A DNA stretch of 64,000 nucleotides, from contig CAWBKP010000024.1 of the NCBI GenBank assembly GCA_963789395.1, positions 160,001 through 224,000 on the forward strand. Reading direction: 5' to 3'. Below are positions 1 to 9,780 of the stretch, in pieces. This DNA is from an uncultured delta proteobacterium (GTDB lineage: Bacteria > Desulfobacterota > Desulfobacteria > Desulfobacterales > Desulfatirhabdiaceae). How positions within the stretch are numbered: position 1 is the stretch's first letter; every line of letters starts with the position of its first letter. The notes under the pieces are model-generated. The model was given only the letters and a program-made list of their open reading frames with translations. It was not told the DNA's origin and searched no databases. A program made the position numbers and the translations under genes.

Positions 1-860
1 AGATTCTGGATACGGTTTCCGAACTATTTGAAATGCCAGTCGCGTCATTTGAAATGCGGGACGGCAGGATTCTGGGCACGGAGAAAAACCCGGACAAGAT
101 CCAACTGCTGCGGGACATCTATCGACGGGATCATCGCGGGTTTAACCCCGTTGATATTCCCAAGGAAGGTCCCTTGACTTTTAAGGAAATCAACCGCTAC
201 CTGTATGCCAAAAACGGACCTGTCATGGGAAAGGGAACATACGAACCCGGTGAGATCCAGGAGTTTAAGGATTGGAAAGGCTCGGCCGTCGGGTCATCGC
301 CGGCATATTCGACCCAGACCTGCATTGCAGAGGTTTCGGTTGATCCGGATACCGGAAAACTCTCGGTGGATAAAGTCACTCTGGCCCACGACTGCGGATT
401 TGCCCTGAATATTACCGCGGTTGAGGGCCAGATGGAAGGCTCCATGTGCCATGGATTGAGCGAGGCCCTGTTTGAAGAAATGTTATTCGACAGCAAGGGC
501 CGCCTTGTCAACCGCACACTGGGGGATTACAAGATCGCTACGGCCCTGGATGTTCCCGAGCTGAGCGCGGTGGTGATCGAAAGCAATGAGCCCGGCGGCC
601 CGTTCGGCGCAAAGGAAGTCGGTGAAGGCTGCATCATACCGATCCTGCCGGCCATTATCAATGCGGTCTATGATGCCTGCGGTGTCGTCATCATGGATTT
701 GCCGATTACTTCGGAAAAGATTCTAAAAGCGATCAAGGCAAAGGATGCTGCCAAAACAGACCGGTTTATATTTGAACCTCCGGCCCCTGCCCTCAAACTG
801 CTGGAAAAAGGCCGGGAAATTACCCGTATCTGGGAAAAACAAATGAAAGAAAAGAAATAA
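1..860 (+). CDS. Xanthine dehydrogenase/aldehyde oxidoreductase family molybdopterin-binding subunit, C-terminal part (4-hydroxybenzoyl-CoA reductase alpha-like); 5'-partial
   Basis: Frame is open from the window edge. Motifs EVSVDPDTG, AHDCGFALN..VEGQ and GPFGAKEVGE are typical of the family; KGSAVGS resembles HcrA. Confidence 0.85.
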   Translation, partial: ILDTVSELFEMPVASFEMRDGRILGTEKNPDKIQLLRDIYRRDHRGFNPVDIPKEGPLTFKEINRYLYAKNGPVMGKGTYEPGEIQEFKDWKGSAVGSSPAYSTQTCIAEVSVDPDTGKLSVDKVTLAHDCGFALNITAVEGQMEGSMCHGLSEALFEEMLFDSKGRLVNRTLGDYKIATALDVPELSAVVIESNEPGGPFGAKEVGEGCIIPILPAIINAVYDACGVVIMDLPITSEKILKAIKAKDAAKTDRFIFEPPAPALKLLEKGREITRIWEKQMKEKK

Positions 861-869
861 TCCTTTTCA

Positions 870-910
870 CCACTGGCCCTCTTCCCCGGTTTCAGGGGAG
901 AGAACAGTGG
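870..910 (+). terminator. Intergenic stem-loop after the molybdoenzyme gene
   Basis: ccactg..ctcttcccc / ggggagag..cagtgg inverted repeat; no clear U-tract. Confidence 0.35.
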
Positions 911-972
911 CAAATCGCATTTCGCATATCGATGTTTCTCATAACCCCTATCTTGCAACTTTATAGAGACAT

Positions 973-1995
973 ATGAAAACGATTCCGGTTACAGAGGCAA
1001 TCGGCATGATTCTGGCCCATGATATCACACGGATCGATCCGGGTGTATACAAGGGGCCGGCATTTAAAAAAGGTCACCGTATCGGCGATCATGACATTCA
1101 GATTCTGCTGGATATCGGCAAAGAGAATGTCTATGTTCTGGAGCTGAAACCTGGCTCGGTCCATGAGAATGAAGCTGCCGAACGGATTGCCCGGGCAGCG
1201 GCCGGGCCGGGCCTGAGCCTGACCGATCCATCCGAGGGGCGCATCAATCTGATCACGACCGTTCCCGGCCTGCTCAAAATTGACACCGCCGGGCTCAACC
1301 GGCTAAATGCCATCCAGGACATGTCTTTTGCATCTCTTCATTCCAATCATGCCGTTCAGGCAGGTATTCCGGTAGCCGGTACGCGGGTCATACCGCTGGT
1401 GGTTCAGGACGCGCTGGTGTCCGAGGCGGAACATGTCTGCAGGGAGTGCTACCCCCTGATTCAGGTCAAAGCGTTTCAGCCCTTCAGGGTCGGGATGGTT
1501 ACCACCGGAAGCGAAGTGTATCATGGCAGAATCCAGGACAAATTCGGTCCGGTGGTCACGGAAAAATTCAACGGGCTGGGCAGTTCCATCACCCGGCAGA
1601 TTCTGGTTTCCGACGATATTGATATGACCGTTGCCGCAATACATGAATTGATTCGGGAAGGGGCCGGGATGGTGGTTCTGACGGGTGGTATGTCCGTAGA
1701 CCCGGATGACCAGACACCGGCTGCTATTCGGGCCACCGGCGCCACCGTCATCACGTATGGCGCACCTGTTTTTCCCGGCGCCATGTTCATGCTGGCCTAT
1801 CTTGACGGCATCCCGCTTCTGGGGTTGCCCGGATGCGTCATGTACTGCCGGACCAGCATTTTCGATTTGATCGTTCCCCGGATTCTGGCCGGTGAGAAAG
1901 TGACCCGGGATGATATTACCCGCCTGGGGTACGGGGGATTCTGCATGGCCTGTGCAGACTGCCGCTACCCGGCTTGCAGCTTCGGGAAGATATAG
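973..1995 (+). CDS. MoeA-like molybdopterin-binding protein (Moco biosynthesis/insertion family)
   Basis: AHDITRI, VTTGSEV, TGGMSVDPDDQTP, YGAPVFPGAMF, GLPGCVM and a C-terminal CxxCxxCxxPxC. Confidence 0.85.
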   Translation: MKTIPVTEAIGMILAHDITRIDPGVYKGPAFKKGHRIGDHDIQILLDIGKENVYVLELKPGSVHENEAAERIARAAAGPGLSLTDPSEGRINLITTVPGLLKIDTAGLNRLNAIQDMSFASLHSNHAVQAGIPVAGTRVIPLVVQDALVSEAEHVCRECYPLIQVKAFQPFRVGMVTTGSEVYHGRIQDKFGPVVTEKFNGLGSSITRQILVSDDIDMTVAAIHELIREGAGMVVLTGGMSVDPDDQTPAAIRATGATVITYGAPVFPGAMFMLAYLDGIPLLGLPGCVMYCRTSIFDLIVPRILAGEKVTRDDITRLGYGGFCMACADCRYPACSFGKI

Positions 1996-2457
1996 TATTG
2001 CGTAGAAAAACATTGTCTTAGGTTGTTTCCACATTTAAAAACAGATTGAAAAATATAAAACAGTGACTTTTTGACGTCAAAAACGGATATTATTATGGAT
2101 TCCGTTGTTTGGTCCCGTCGAATGTCAAAAGAGCATCTGATCGTTAATGTTGTTGGGCATGAAAAAATCGATTTCGCATTAGCACGCTATCATTATTGAA
2201 CCCATTCCCCAAAAAGCATCTCTGTTACCTCCGCCAAAAAATAATCTCGTTAAAGACCAGCCTGACATATTGCGATACAATCATAAATCTGATACTAAAC
2301 TCAAAGCAGAGTAGGGGGGATATTTCCCGTGTCATGGCTGGAATGAAAGTTGACAGTTATGGCACTATGCAGCTGTCCAAAACACTGAACGCGCATACCT
2401 TCTCGATCTTAAAGCCCGCATCAAGACTGTGGGCAAATGCATAGGAAATACTTCAGA

Positions 2458-3381
2458 ATGAAACCCTTAGCTGATCTTCAGGTGACAATAGCCGGACTCA
2501 GCCTGAAAAATCCGGTCATGACGGCCTCCGGGACTTTCGGGTATGCCAGTGAGTTTGTCGATCTGATGGATCTGAACCGCCTGGGAGCCATTGTGGTCAA
2601 GGGCCTTTCCCTTGAGCCTTCCATCGGCAACCCGCCGCCCCGGATTGTGGAGACCCCGTGCGGGATGCTGAATGCCATCGGCCTGGAAAACGTCGGAATC
2701 AAGGCATTTATCACCGAAAAACTGCCGTTTTTACGGACACTGTCTCCACCGCTGATCGTCAATATTTACGGAAAATGCATCGAAGAGTATTGCGAGCTTG
2801 CCCGCCGTATCGCGGATGTTGACGGCATTTCAGCTATCGAGGTCAACATTTCCTGCCCCAATGTCAAATCCGGCGGCATTGCCTTTGGCGTGGATCCGCA
2901 GGCCGCCTTTGATGTGATCAGCGCGGTTCGAACGCACATTTCCAAAACACTGATCGTAAAGCTTTCTCCGAATGTCACGGATATCACCCAGATTGCCCGA
3001 AGCGTCGTGGATGCCGGGGCCGACTGCTTGTCTCTAATCAACACCCTGACCGGTATGGTGATTGATATTGAAACCAGGCGACCGAAACTGGCCAATATCA
3101 CCGGCGGGTTGTCGGGTCCCGCCATTCGACCGGTGGCGGTGCGAATGGTCTGGCAGGTTGCACAGGCCGTCTCGGTGCCGATCATCGGCATCGGCGGCAT
3201 CATGACGGCATCCGATGCCCTGGAATTTCTCATTGCCGGTGCTTCGGCCGTTCAGGTGGGAACCGCCAATTTTGTAAATCCCCGGGCGACGCTGGATATC
3301 ATCGATGGCATTGAGGTGTTTATGGCTAAACACCATATCAAAAAACTGTCCGATATCACCGGTACCCTGAAAACCGGATAA
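2458..3381 (+). CDS. pyrD: Dihydroorotate dehydrogenase, family 1B catalytic subunit
   Basis: [44 protein letters not shown]; start placed at ATG 2458 after AGGA. Confidence 0.95.
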   Translation: MKPLADLQVTIAGLSLKNPVMTASGTFGYASEFVDLMDLNRLGAIVVKGLSLEPSIGNPPPRIVETPCGMLNAIGLENVGIKAFITEKLPFLRTLSPPLIVNIYGKCIEEYCELARRIADVDGISAIEVNISCPNVKSGGIAFGVDPQAAFDVISAVRTHISKTLIVKLSPNVTDITQIARSVVDAGADCLSLINTLTGMVIDIETRRPKLANITGGLSGPAIRPVAVRMVWQVAQAVSVPIIGIGGIMTASDALEFLIAGASAVQVGTANFVNPRATLDIIDGIEVFMAKHHIKKLSDITGTLKTG

Positions 3382-3454
3382 GGGACAAAAATGGAGTTAT
3401 CCATATTTGGTCCGGTGTCCGGAAACGGGAGTTTTATCAAGAAAGGATGGGGTT

Positions 3455-3925
3455 ATGGAATTCAAAAGCTATCAAGCCATTATCGAATTCGCCATTGAAA
3501 AGGAAATAGAGGCCGCCTCTTTTTATGAGGAAGCGGCCGGAAGTGAGGCCCGGGAGGAAACCCGGAAAATGTTTCTCGATTTTGCAAAGGAAGAGCGAAA
3601 GCATCAATATCTTCTGGAAAACCTGGACTGTTCGGGCGAATGCACTCTGGTGACTCTGGATTATAAATTCAAATGGATCGGTGATCTCAAGCGCAGCGAT
3701 CTGATGGTGGATATTGTCTGGAAGCAGGGAATGTCCTATCGGGATATTCTGCTCATTGCCATGAAACGGGAAGAAAAGGCGCTGAAGCTTTATAATGAGT
3801 TGCTACAGCAGTCTGAAACCGAAACCGCCAGAAATATTTTTAAAATTCTCTGCCAGGAAGAAGCCCGGCATAAGCTGGGGCTGGAAAAGCTTTACGATGA
3901 GTATATGGAACAAATGGGGGATTGA
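3455..3925 (+). CDS. Rubrerythrin-like/ferritin-like di-iron protein
   Basis: Duplicated AIEKE..FY..EERKH and AMKRE..LY..EEARH motifs. Confidence 0.85.
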   Translation: MEFKSYQAIIEFAIEKEIEAASFYEEAAGSEAREETRKMFLDFAKEERKHQYLLENLDCSGECTLVTLDYKFKWIGDLKRSDLMVDIVWKQGMSYRDILLIAMKREEKALKLYNELLQQSETETARNIFKILCQEEARHKLGLEKLYDEYMEQMGD

Positions 3926-3992
3926 CGGCGGGGCAGTTGGCAAAGCCATCGAAAAGCACTGGTTAACAACCTTAACGGAAAGGAGTTATCGC

Positions 3993-4532
3993 ATGAGTCG
4001 AAAGTTGATGATGGTCTTGAGTCTGATTGGGGCTGTATTGTTCTGGAGTTCCATGGCGAATGCGGAAAAGCTTATGGGGGGGATGAAGGCGTCCGACTGG
4101 TCATTCCCGGATGCAGAAGGAAAATCCTTTTCAATGGCTTCCTGGGATGGAAAGGTGCTGTTGGTCACTTACGTGGATCCGGACGAGTCAGACCTGAACG
4201 AGCATTTTACCGATGCCATGAAAAAAGCCAAAGATCAGGGACTTCTGAAGGATGCAACCTACAAGGGGATTGGAATCGCGGACTGCAAGGCCACCTGGAA
4301 ACCCGATGTCCTCATCCGGTCAATTGCCGGGAACAAAGCCAAGAAATACAATACCACCATCTTGTTTGATTATGACGCCACGCTCAGAAATGCCTGGGGT
4401 CTGGACATAGACACATCCAATGTTATCCTTCTGGATAAAAACCGGGTTGTCCAGGTGATCGTCCGGGGAAAAGTACCGGAAAGCGAAGTGGCTTCCATTG
4501 TCCAGATAGCCATTGATCTCCAGAATAAATAA
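3993..4532 (+). CDS. YtfJ-family exported thioredoxin-fold protein
   Basis: AGGAG RBS, signal peptide (..SSMANA-E), W-DGKV, DYD..RNAWGL, ILLDK pattern; no CxxC. Confidence 0.7.
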   Translation: MSRKLMMVLSLIGAVLFWSSMANAEKLMGGMKASDWSFPDAEGKSFSMASWDGKVLLVTYVDPDESDLNEHFTDAMKKAKDQGLLKDATYKGIGIADCKATWKPDVLIRSIAGNKAKKYNTTILFDYDATLRNAWGLDIDTSNVILLDKNRVVQVIVRGKVPESEVASIVQIAIDLQNK

Positions 4533-4612
4533 TGGGTGATGGGTAATGGGTCAGAAGCCGTTATTGGTTGCCCTTATCTTCCGAGTTCCGAACCCATTAC
4601 CTATAACCCCTG
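4531..4612. repeat. Inverted heptamer-repeat element (ATGGGTN)n / (ACCCATN)n
   Basis: atgggtg atgggta atgggtc ... acccatt acctata acccctg between convergent genes. Confidence 0.7.
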
Positions 4613-4613
4613 T

Positions 4614-6146
4614 TTACTCCATCGGCGTTACCGGGTGCGTTTTTAAGTACTCCAGACGGTTCAGGCCGTTGACAAAGGCCTTGGCGCTGGCTGTGATCAC
4701 ATCCGGGTCCGCGCCCCTTCCCATGGCTTCAAGGCCGTTTTCCCGCAGCCGCACCGTGACCTCGCCCTGGGCATCGGTGCCGCCGGTCAGGGCGTTGATC
4801 GAAAACCGCAGCAGTTCGGATCCGGTTCCGGTAAGAACCGCAAGCGTCTTATAGACGGCGTCAATGGGGCCGTTTCCATAATCCGCTCCCTGAACCGGTC
4901 TGCCGTTGATCATCATCCGCACACTGGCCATGGGAAGAACCGTTGTGCCGCTGGTCACATGCAGATAGTCCAGGGAAAAGACATCGTGGCTTTGCAGAAT
5001 TCCCTCGGTGACCAGCACTTCCAGATCCTCGTCCACCACATGTTTTTTCTTGTCCGCCAACTCCTTGAACTTGGTGAAAACCAGCTGCAGTTCTTCATCC
5101 GACAGATCATATCCCATGTCCTTCAAATGAGTCCGAAGGGCGTGTCGTCCCGAATGCTTTCCCAGAACCAGTTTGTTGGTATTCAGACCGATGGATTCGG
5201 GCTTCATGATTTCGTAAGTCATGGGGTTTTTTAAAACCCCGTCCTGGTGGATTCCGGCTTCATGGGCAAAGGCGTTGGCTCCGACAATGGCTTTGTTGGG
5301 CTGAACCGGAATGCCGGTAATCATGCTGACCAGGCGGCTGGTGGGATAGATGAATTCGGTGTTGATGCCAGATGTGAATGCCAGATAATTGGGCCGGGTG
5401 TGCAGCGCCATGACCACTTCTTCAAGAGAGGTGTTGCCGGCCCGCTCGCCGATGCCGTTGATGGTGACCTCCGCCTGCCTGGCCCCTGCGCTGATGGCCG
5501 CCAGGGTATTGGCGGTGGCCAGCCCCAGATCATTGTGGCAGTGAACGCTTAATATGGCCTTGTGGATGTTGGGTGTATGGGTCATGACATATTGAACCAT
5601 TTCGGCATATTCCTGCGGAATGGCGTAACCGACCGTATCCGGCAGATTGACGGTGGTGGCGCCGGCTTCGATGGCAGCTTCAAAAACCCGGCATAAAAAA
5701 TCCCGGTCGCTTCGGGATCCGTCTTCGGCTGAAAATTCGACCCGCTCGGTCAAAGACCTGGCATATTTTACGGCCTCTACCGCGGCGGCAACGACTTCAT
5801 CGCGGTTCATCCGGAGCTTATAGGTCAGGTGGATATCGGATGTGGCGATAAAGGTATGGATCCTGGGAAAGGCGGCATGTTGAATAGCGCCCCAGGCCCG
5901 GTCAATGTCGGTTTTTGAGGTACGGGCCAGGGCCGCAACTTCGGTGCGTTTCAAGTGCCCGGAGATTCGGGAAACCGCCTCGAAATCTCCGTCTGATGCT
6001 GCCGGAAATCCGGCTTCCAGTACATCCACGCCCAGTTTTTCCAGCTGGGTGGCCAGGCGCAGTTTTTCGCCGGTATTCATGCTGGCGCCCGGGGACTGCT
6101 CGCCGTCTCTTAACGTGGTGTCAAAAATTATTACGCGCTCGGTCAT
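4614..6146 (-). CDS. leuA: 2-isopropylmalate synthase
   Basis: [40 protein letters not shown]-terminal GNGPIDA regulatory domain. Confidence 0.97.
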   Translation of the reverse strand: MTERVIIFDTTLRDGEQSPGASMNTGEKLRLATQLEKLGVDVLEAGFPAASDGDFEAVSRISGHLKRTEVAALARTSKTDIDRAWGAIQHAAFPRIHTFIATSDIHLTYKLRMNRDEVVAAAVEAVKYARSLTERVEFSAEDGSRSDRDFLCRVFEAAIEAGATTVNLPDTVGYAIPQEYAEMVQYVMTHTPNIHKAILSVHCHNDLGLATANTLAAISAGARQAEVTINGIGERAGNTSLEEVVMALHTRPNYLAFTSGINTEFIYPTSRLVSMITGIPVQPNKAIVGANAFAHEAGIHQDGVLKNPMTYEIMKPESIGLNTNKLVLGKHSGRHALRTHLKDMGYDLSDEELQLVFTKFKELADKKKHVVDEDLEVLVTEGILQSHDVFSLDYLHVTSGTTVLPMASVRMMINGRPVQGADYGNGPIDAVYKTLAVLTGTGSELLRFSINALTGGTDAQGEVTVRLRENGLEAMGRGADPDVITASAKAFVNGLNRLEYLKTHPVTPME

Positions 6147-6322
6147 GATATTGCTCCTTTTAAAAAGATGTCTGTTCTGTTTGATCCGTCAGTGAACGAA
6201 GCGGCTGAACCGCCGGCATGCGTTCTGGAAAAAGGCGGCGGCAACATCCATCCAAGCATGGGCCGCAGGACGTTGCTGAAAAACCGTCCCGCGGCATTTG
6301 TTGTTTCCTTTTCCGGCAACAT
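6143..6322 (-). CDS. Putative 59-aa upstream ORF coupled to leuA
   Basis: GAGGA RBS about 9 nt before ATG 6322; its TGA overlaps the leuA ATG (ATGA). Confidence 0.4.
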   Translation of the reverse strand: MLPEKETTNAAGRFFSNVLRPMLGWMLPPPFSRTHAGGSAASFTDGSNRTDIFLKGAIS

Positions 6323-6440
6323 GGCAAAAATCCTCATAAAGTGTTCAGCCAGAAGAGTGAAGGCTGAAGGAAATCCTGATTACAGCCTGCTGCTCAAGGC
6401 GATAATACCGGCTGAAGGTTTATTCTCTACAGTCTTTGTC

Positions 6441-8019
6441 CTATCTGGACAGCTTGTATTGAAAACTGTCCGCAAGGGCGTGCCAGCTGGCTTCAATGAT
6501 ATCCTCGGATACACCGATGGTGCTCCAGACGTGGTCTTCGTCCCTGGATTCGATAAAGACGCGGACCCGGGCAGCTGTTCCGGCCCGGCCGTCAATGACC
6601 CGGACCTTGAAATCCACCAGCCGCATGTGATCCACATTCGGGAAGAAATTGTCCAGGGCTTTTCGCAGGGCATTGTCCAGGGCGCTGACAGGGCCGCTTC
6701 CTTCGGCCGCCGTGATAGCCTGTTTGCCGTCAACCGATATTTTTATGGTTGCATGGGCGGTAGCAGGGCCGGTTTTTGTCTTTTTCGATGGTTACCCGGA
6801 ACGATTCCAGATCGAACAAAGGCCTGAACTGTTCGGTCAGCTTTTCGAGCAGAATCTTGAAAGATCCGTCGGCCACGTCAAACTGATAGCCTTCCTGTTC
6901 CATGCGCTTGATTTCAGAGACGACTTTCTGCCTGTCTGTTCCATTCAACTCGACCCCGAGTTCCCTTGCCTTGTATTCCACATTGCTTTTGCCGGAAAGA
7001 TCGGAAACCAGCACCTTATGCTTGTTTCCAACCAGGCCGGGATCAATGTGCTCATAGGCCATGGGCAGTTTCATGATTGCGCTCACATGAACCCCGCCTT
7101 TATGGGCAAAGGCGCTTTTGCCAACAAACGGCATGGTGTTCTGCGGAATCATGTTGGCGGTTTCGCTGACGAACCGGGACAGTTTCTTCAGCCGCGAAAG
7201 GTTCTCGGAAGATACGCAGGGCCGGTTCATCTTCAGGCATAAAATGGGAATGATGCTGGTCAGGTCCGCATTTCCGCATCGCTCCCCATATCCGTTGATG
7301 GTTCCCTGAACCATGACGGCACCGGCGTTTATCGCACAAATGCTGTTGGCTACGGCAAGGCCGGAGTCATTGTGCGTATGAATGCCGATTCTGACGGCTG
7401 ACTGCGCCGGCAGGGTGTTTTCCGCCACAATCTGCCGAACCCTGGCCACAATCGGTTCGATTGTATAGGTCAGCGTTCCGCCGTTGGTGTCACAGAGTAC
7501 GATGCAGTCTGCGCCGCCTGCCACGGCTGCCACCAAGGTGGACATGGCATACTCCGGGTTTGCCTTGTAGCCGTCAAAAAAATGCTCGGCGTCATAAATG
7601 ACCTCCCGGGAATGATCTTTCAGATATGCCACCGTATCGCGGATCATGGACAGATTTTCTTCCAGGGTATTGCCCATGATTTTTCCGACATGAAGATCCC
7701 AGCTTTTCCCAAAAATGGTGACGACCGGTGTCCGGGCTGCCAGAAGCGCCTGAACATTGGGGTCATCGCCCGGAGCAAAACCGGGTTTTCGGGTGGACCC
7801 AAAAGCCGCAAGCTTTGCATGCTTGAAATCAATCTGCTGGGCCAGTTCGAAAAACAGCATGTCCCGGGGATTGGATCCCGGCCATCCGCCTTCAATATAA
7901 TGAATGCCGAAGTCATCCAGGCGCTGGGCGATCATGATTTTTTCATCAGCCGAGAAATTGACATCTTCCCCTTGCGTTCCGTCTCTAAGGGTAGTGTCAT
8001 AAAGGAGTATCGGTTCCAT
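6441..8019 (-). CDS. cimA: Citramalate synthase; 1-nt frameshift near 6760, probably a sequencing error
   Basis: [39 protein letters not shown]. Removing one base restores [47 protein letters not shown]. Confidence 0.9.
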
Positions 8020-8039
8020 AAGTATCCTTTTGAGGAAAA

Positions 8040-8123
8040 AAAGGCTGAAGGCTGATAGACTGAAAAGGCATTTTGAAATGATAATCCTCAGCCCTCCAGC
8101 CTTCAGCCTTTGGTCTTCAGCCT
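8040..8123. repeat. Inverted heptamer-repeat element (GGCTGAA)n / (TTCAGCC)n
   Basis: ggctgaa ggctgat agactgaa ... ctcagcc ctccagc cttcagc c..cttcagcc between cimA and ilvC. Confidence 0.7.
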
Positions 8124-9174
8124 AACTTTTTCTGTTTTCCGGTCGCAGCGAGCGAACCGCAGCGCCTGCCTGCCACATTTCAGACTGGCGAATGACTTCA
8201 AGTTCTTCTTGAAGTTTTTCGCGGTAATCCGGTGCGCTGTTTCTCTCCAGGGTTCTGCGGGTCTCTTCTCCGGACACCACGCTTTCATAAAGCTGGTCAA
8301 AAACCGGCTTTACCGCATCTCTGAACCGCGGCGACCAGTCCAGCGCCCCTCTTTGCGCGGTGGTGCTGCAATTGGCGAACATCCAGTCCATGCCGTTTTG
8401 AGCTACCAGGCGGATCAGACTCTGGGTGAGTTCCTCAACGGTTTCATTAAAGGCCTCGCTGGGGCTGTGGCCGTGTTTTCGAAGCAGGGCATACTGGGCC
8501 TCCATGACCCCTGCCAGACAGCCCATGAGAACGCCGCGTTCTCCGGTCAGGTCGCTATGGACTTCTTTTTCAAAGGTGGTGGGAAACAGATAGCCGGAGC
8601 CGATGGCGATGCCAAGTGCAATGGCGCGCTCCCGGGCTTTTCCCGTATAGTCCTGATGTACGGCAAAGCTCGAATTGATGCCGCTTCCCGCCAGGAAATT
8701 GGTTCGGACCGTCGTGCCGGAACCCTTCGGCGCCGCAAGGATCACATCCACAAAATCCGGCGGGATAATGCCGGTCTGGTCGCTGAAGACAATGCCGAAA
8801 CCGTGAGAAAAATACAGGGCATCTCCGGGTTTCAGACAGGGTTTGATTTTCGGCCATGCCGCCATCTGTCCGGCGTCAGAAAGCAGATACTGGACAATTG
8901 TCGCTTTTTTGGCTGCTTCTTCCAGAGAAAAGAGAGTCTTTCCGGGCACAAATCCGTCCGCTACGGCCCTGTCCCAGGAATTGCCGCCTTCCCGCTGCCC
9001 GACAATGACCTGCAGGCCGTTATCTTTCATGTTCAGGGCCTGGCCTGGCCCCTGAACGCCATATCCCAGAATGGCAATGGTTTCATCTTTAAGGACTGCT
9101 TTTGCCTGTTCCAGAGTAAATTCCGAAGCGGTTATCACTTCCTCAATGACGCCGCCAAAATTGATTTGAGCCAT
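8122..9174 (-). CDS. ilvC: Ketol-acid reductoisomerase
   Basis: ILGYGVQGPGQALN, SHGF, APKGSG, EVHSDLTGERGVLMG, CSTTAQRGALDW. Confidence 0.95.
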   Translation of the reverse strand: MAQINFGGVIEEVITASEFTLEQAKAVLKDETIAILGYGVQGPGQALNMKDNGLQVIVGQREGGNSWDRAVADGFVPGKTLFSLEEAAKKATIVQYLLSDAGQMAAWPKIKPCLKPGDALYFSHGFGIVFSDQTGIIPPDFVDVILAAPKGSGTTVRTNFLAGSGINSSFAVHQDYTGKARERAIALGIAIGSGYLFPTTFEKEVHSDLTGERGVLMGCLAGVMEAQYALLRKHGHSPSEAFNETVEELTQSLIRLVAQNGMDWMFANCSTTAQRGALDWSPRFRDAVKPVFDQLYESVVSGEETRRTLERNSAPDYREKLQEELEVIRQSEMWQAGAAVRSLRPENRKS

Positions 9175-9237
9175 TTGATTTACATCTCCTTGGTTTTATA
9201 AAATAGTTAAAAAGGTTAAAGGCTTCGGCCTTAAATC

Positions 9238-9726
9238 TTATTTCGGTTCCCGAAACAGGGCAACAATGCCGGTTCGGGCGATTTTTTTGATACCGATGGG
9301 CTTCAGCAGGTTGATAATGGCGGCCAGTTTGCCTTCATCGCCGGTGACCTCGAGGATATAATGCTCGATACCCGTGTCCACGACCTTGCATCGAAAAATA
9401 TCCACGATCCTTAAAACTTCAGCCCGGTGTTCGGGTTTGGCTTTGACGCAGATCAGCGCCATTTCCCGCTGTACTGCCTTGGATTTGTCCATATCCCGAA
9501 CCTTGATGACATTGATCAGTTTTCTGAGCTGTTTTTGAATCTGCTCCATCACCAGGGGGTCGGCGCGGGTCACCAGGGTAATCCGGGATATTTCCGGGTT
9601 GATGGTTTCCGCCACGCACAGGCTTTCGATGTTGAAGCCTCTGCCGCCAAAAAGCCCGACAACCCGGGCCAGAACGCCGGGCTGGTTATCCACCAGCATG
9701 GTAATGACATGTTTTGCTTCTGTCAC
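9238..9726 (-). CDS. ilvN: Acetolactate synthase small (regulatory) subunit
   Basis: VDNQPGVLARVVGLF..GFNIESL, KQLRKLINVIKV, IARTG. Confidence 0.95.
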   Translation of the reverse strand: MTEAKHVITMLVDNQPGVLARVVGLFGGRGFNIESLCVAETINPEISRITLVTRADPLVMEQIQKQLRKLINVIKVRDMDKSKAVQREMALICVKAKPEHRAEVLRIVDIFRCKVVDTGIEHYILEVTGDEGKLAAIINLLKPIGIKKIARTGIVALFREPK

Positions 9727-9780
9727 GATGCAACTCCTCCATTCGGGAAAAATTCGACGATTTAATGTTGAGGTCAGATA

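Noticed and set aside
2196..2444. 82-aa ORF upstream of pyrD
   Set aside because: TTG start without an RBS, no motifs, and not PyrK-like.
8110..9201. Long antisense ORFs (also 12255-13247, 19763-20737, 26662-27378, 47861-48685, 59221-60024)
   Set aside because: They are shadows of well-conserved genes on the opposite strand and show no recognisable motifs.
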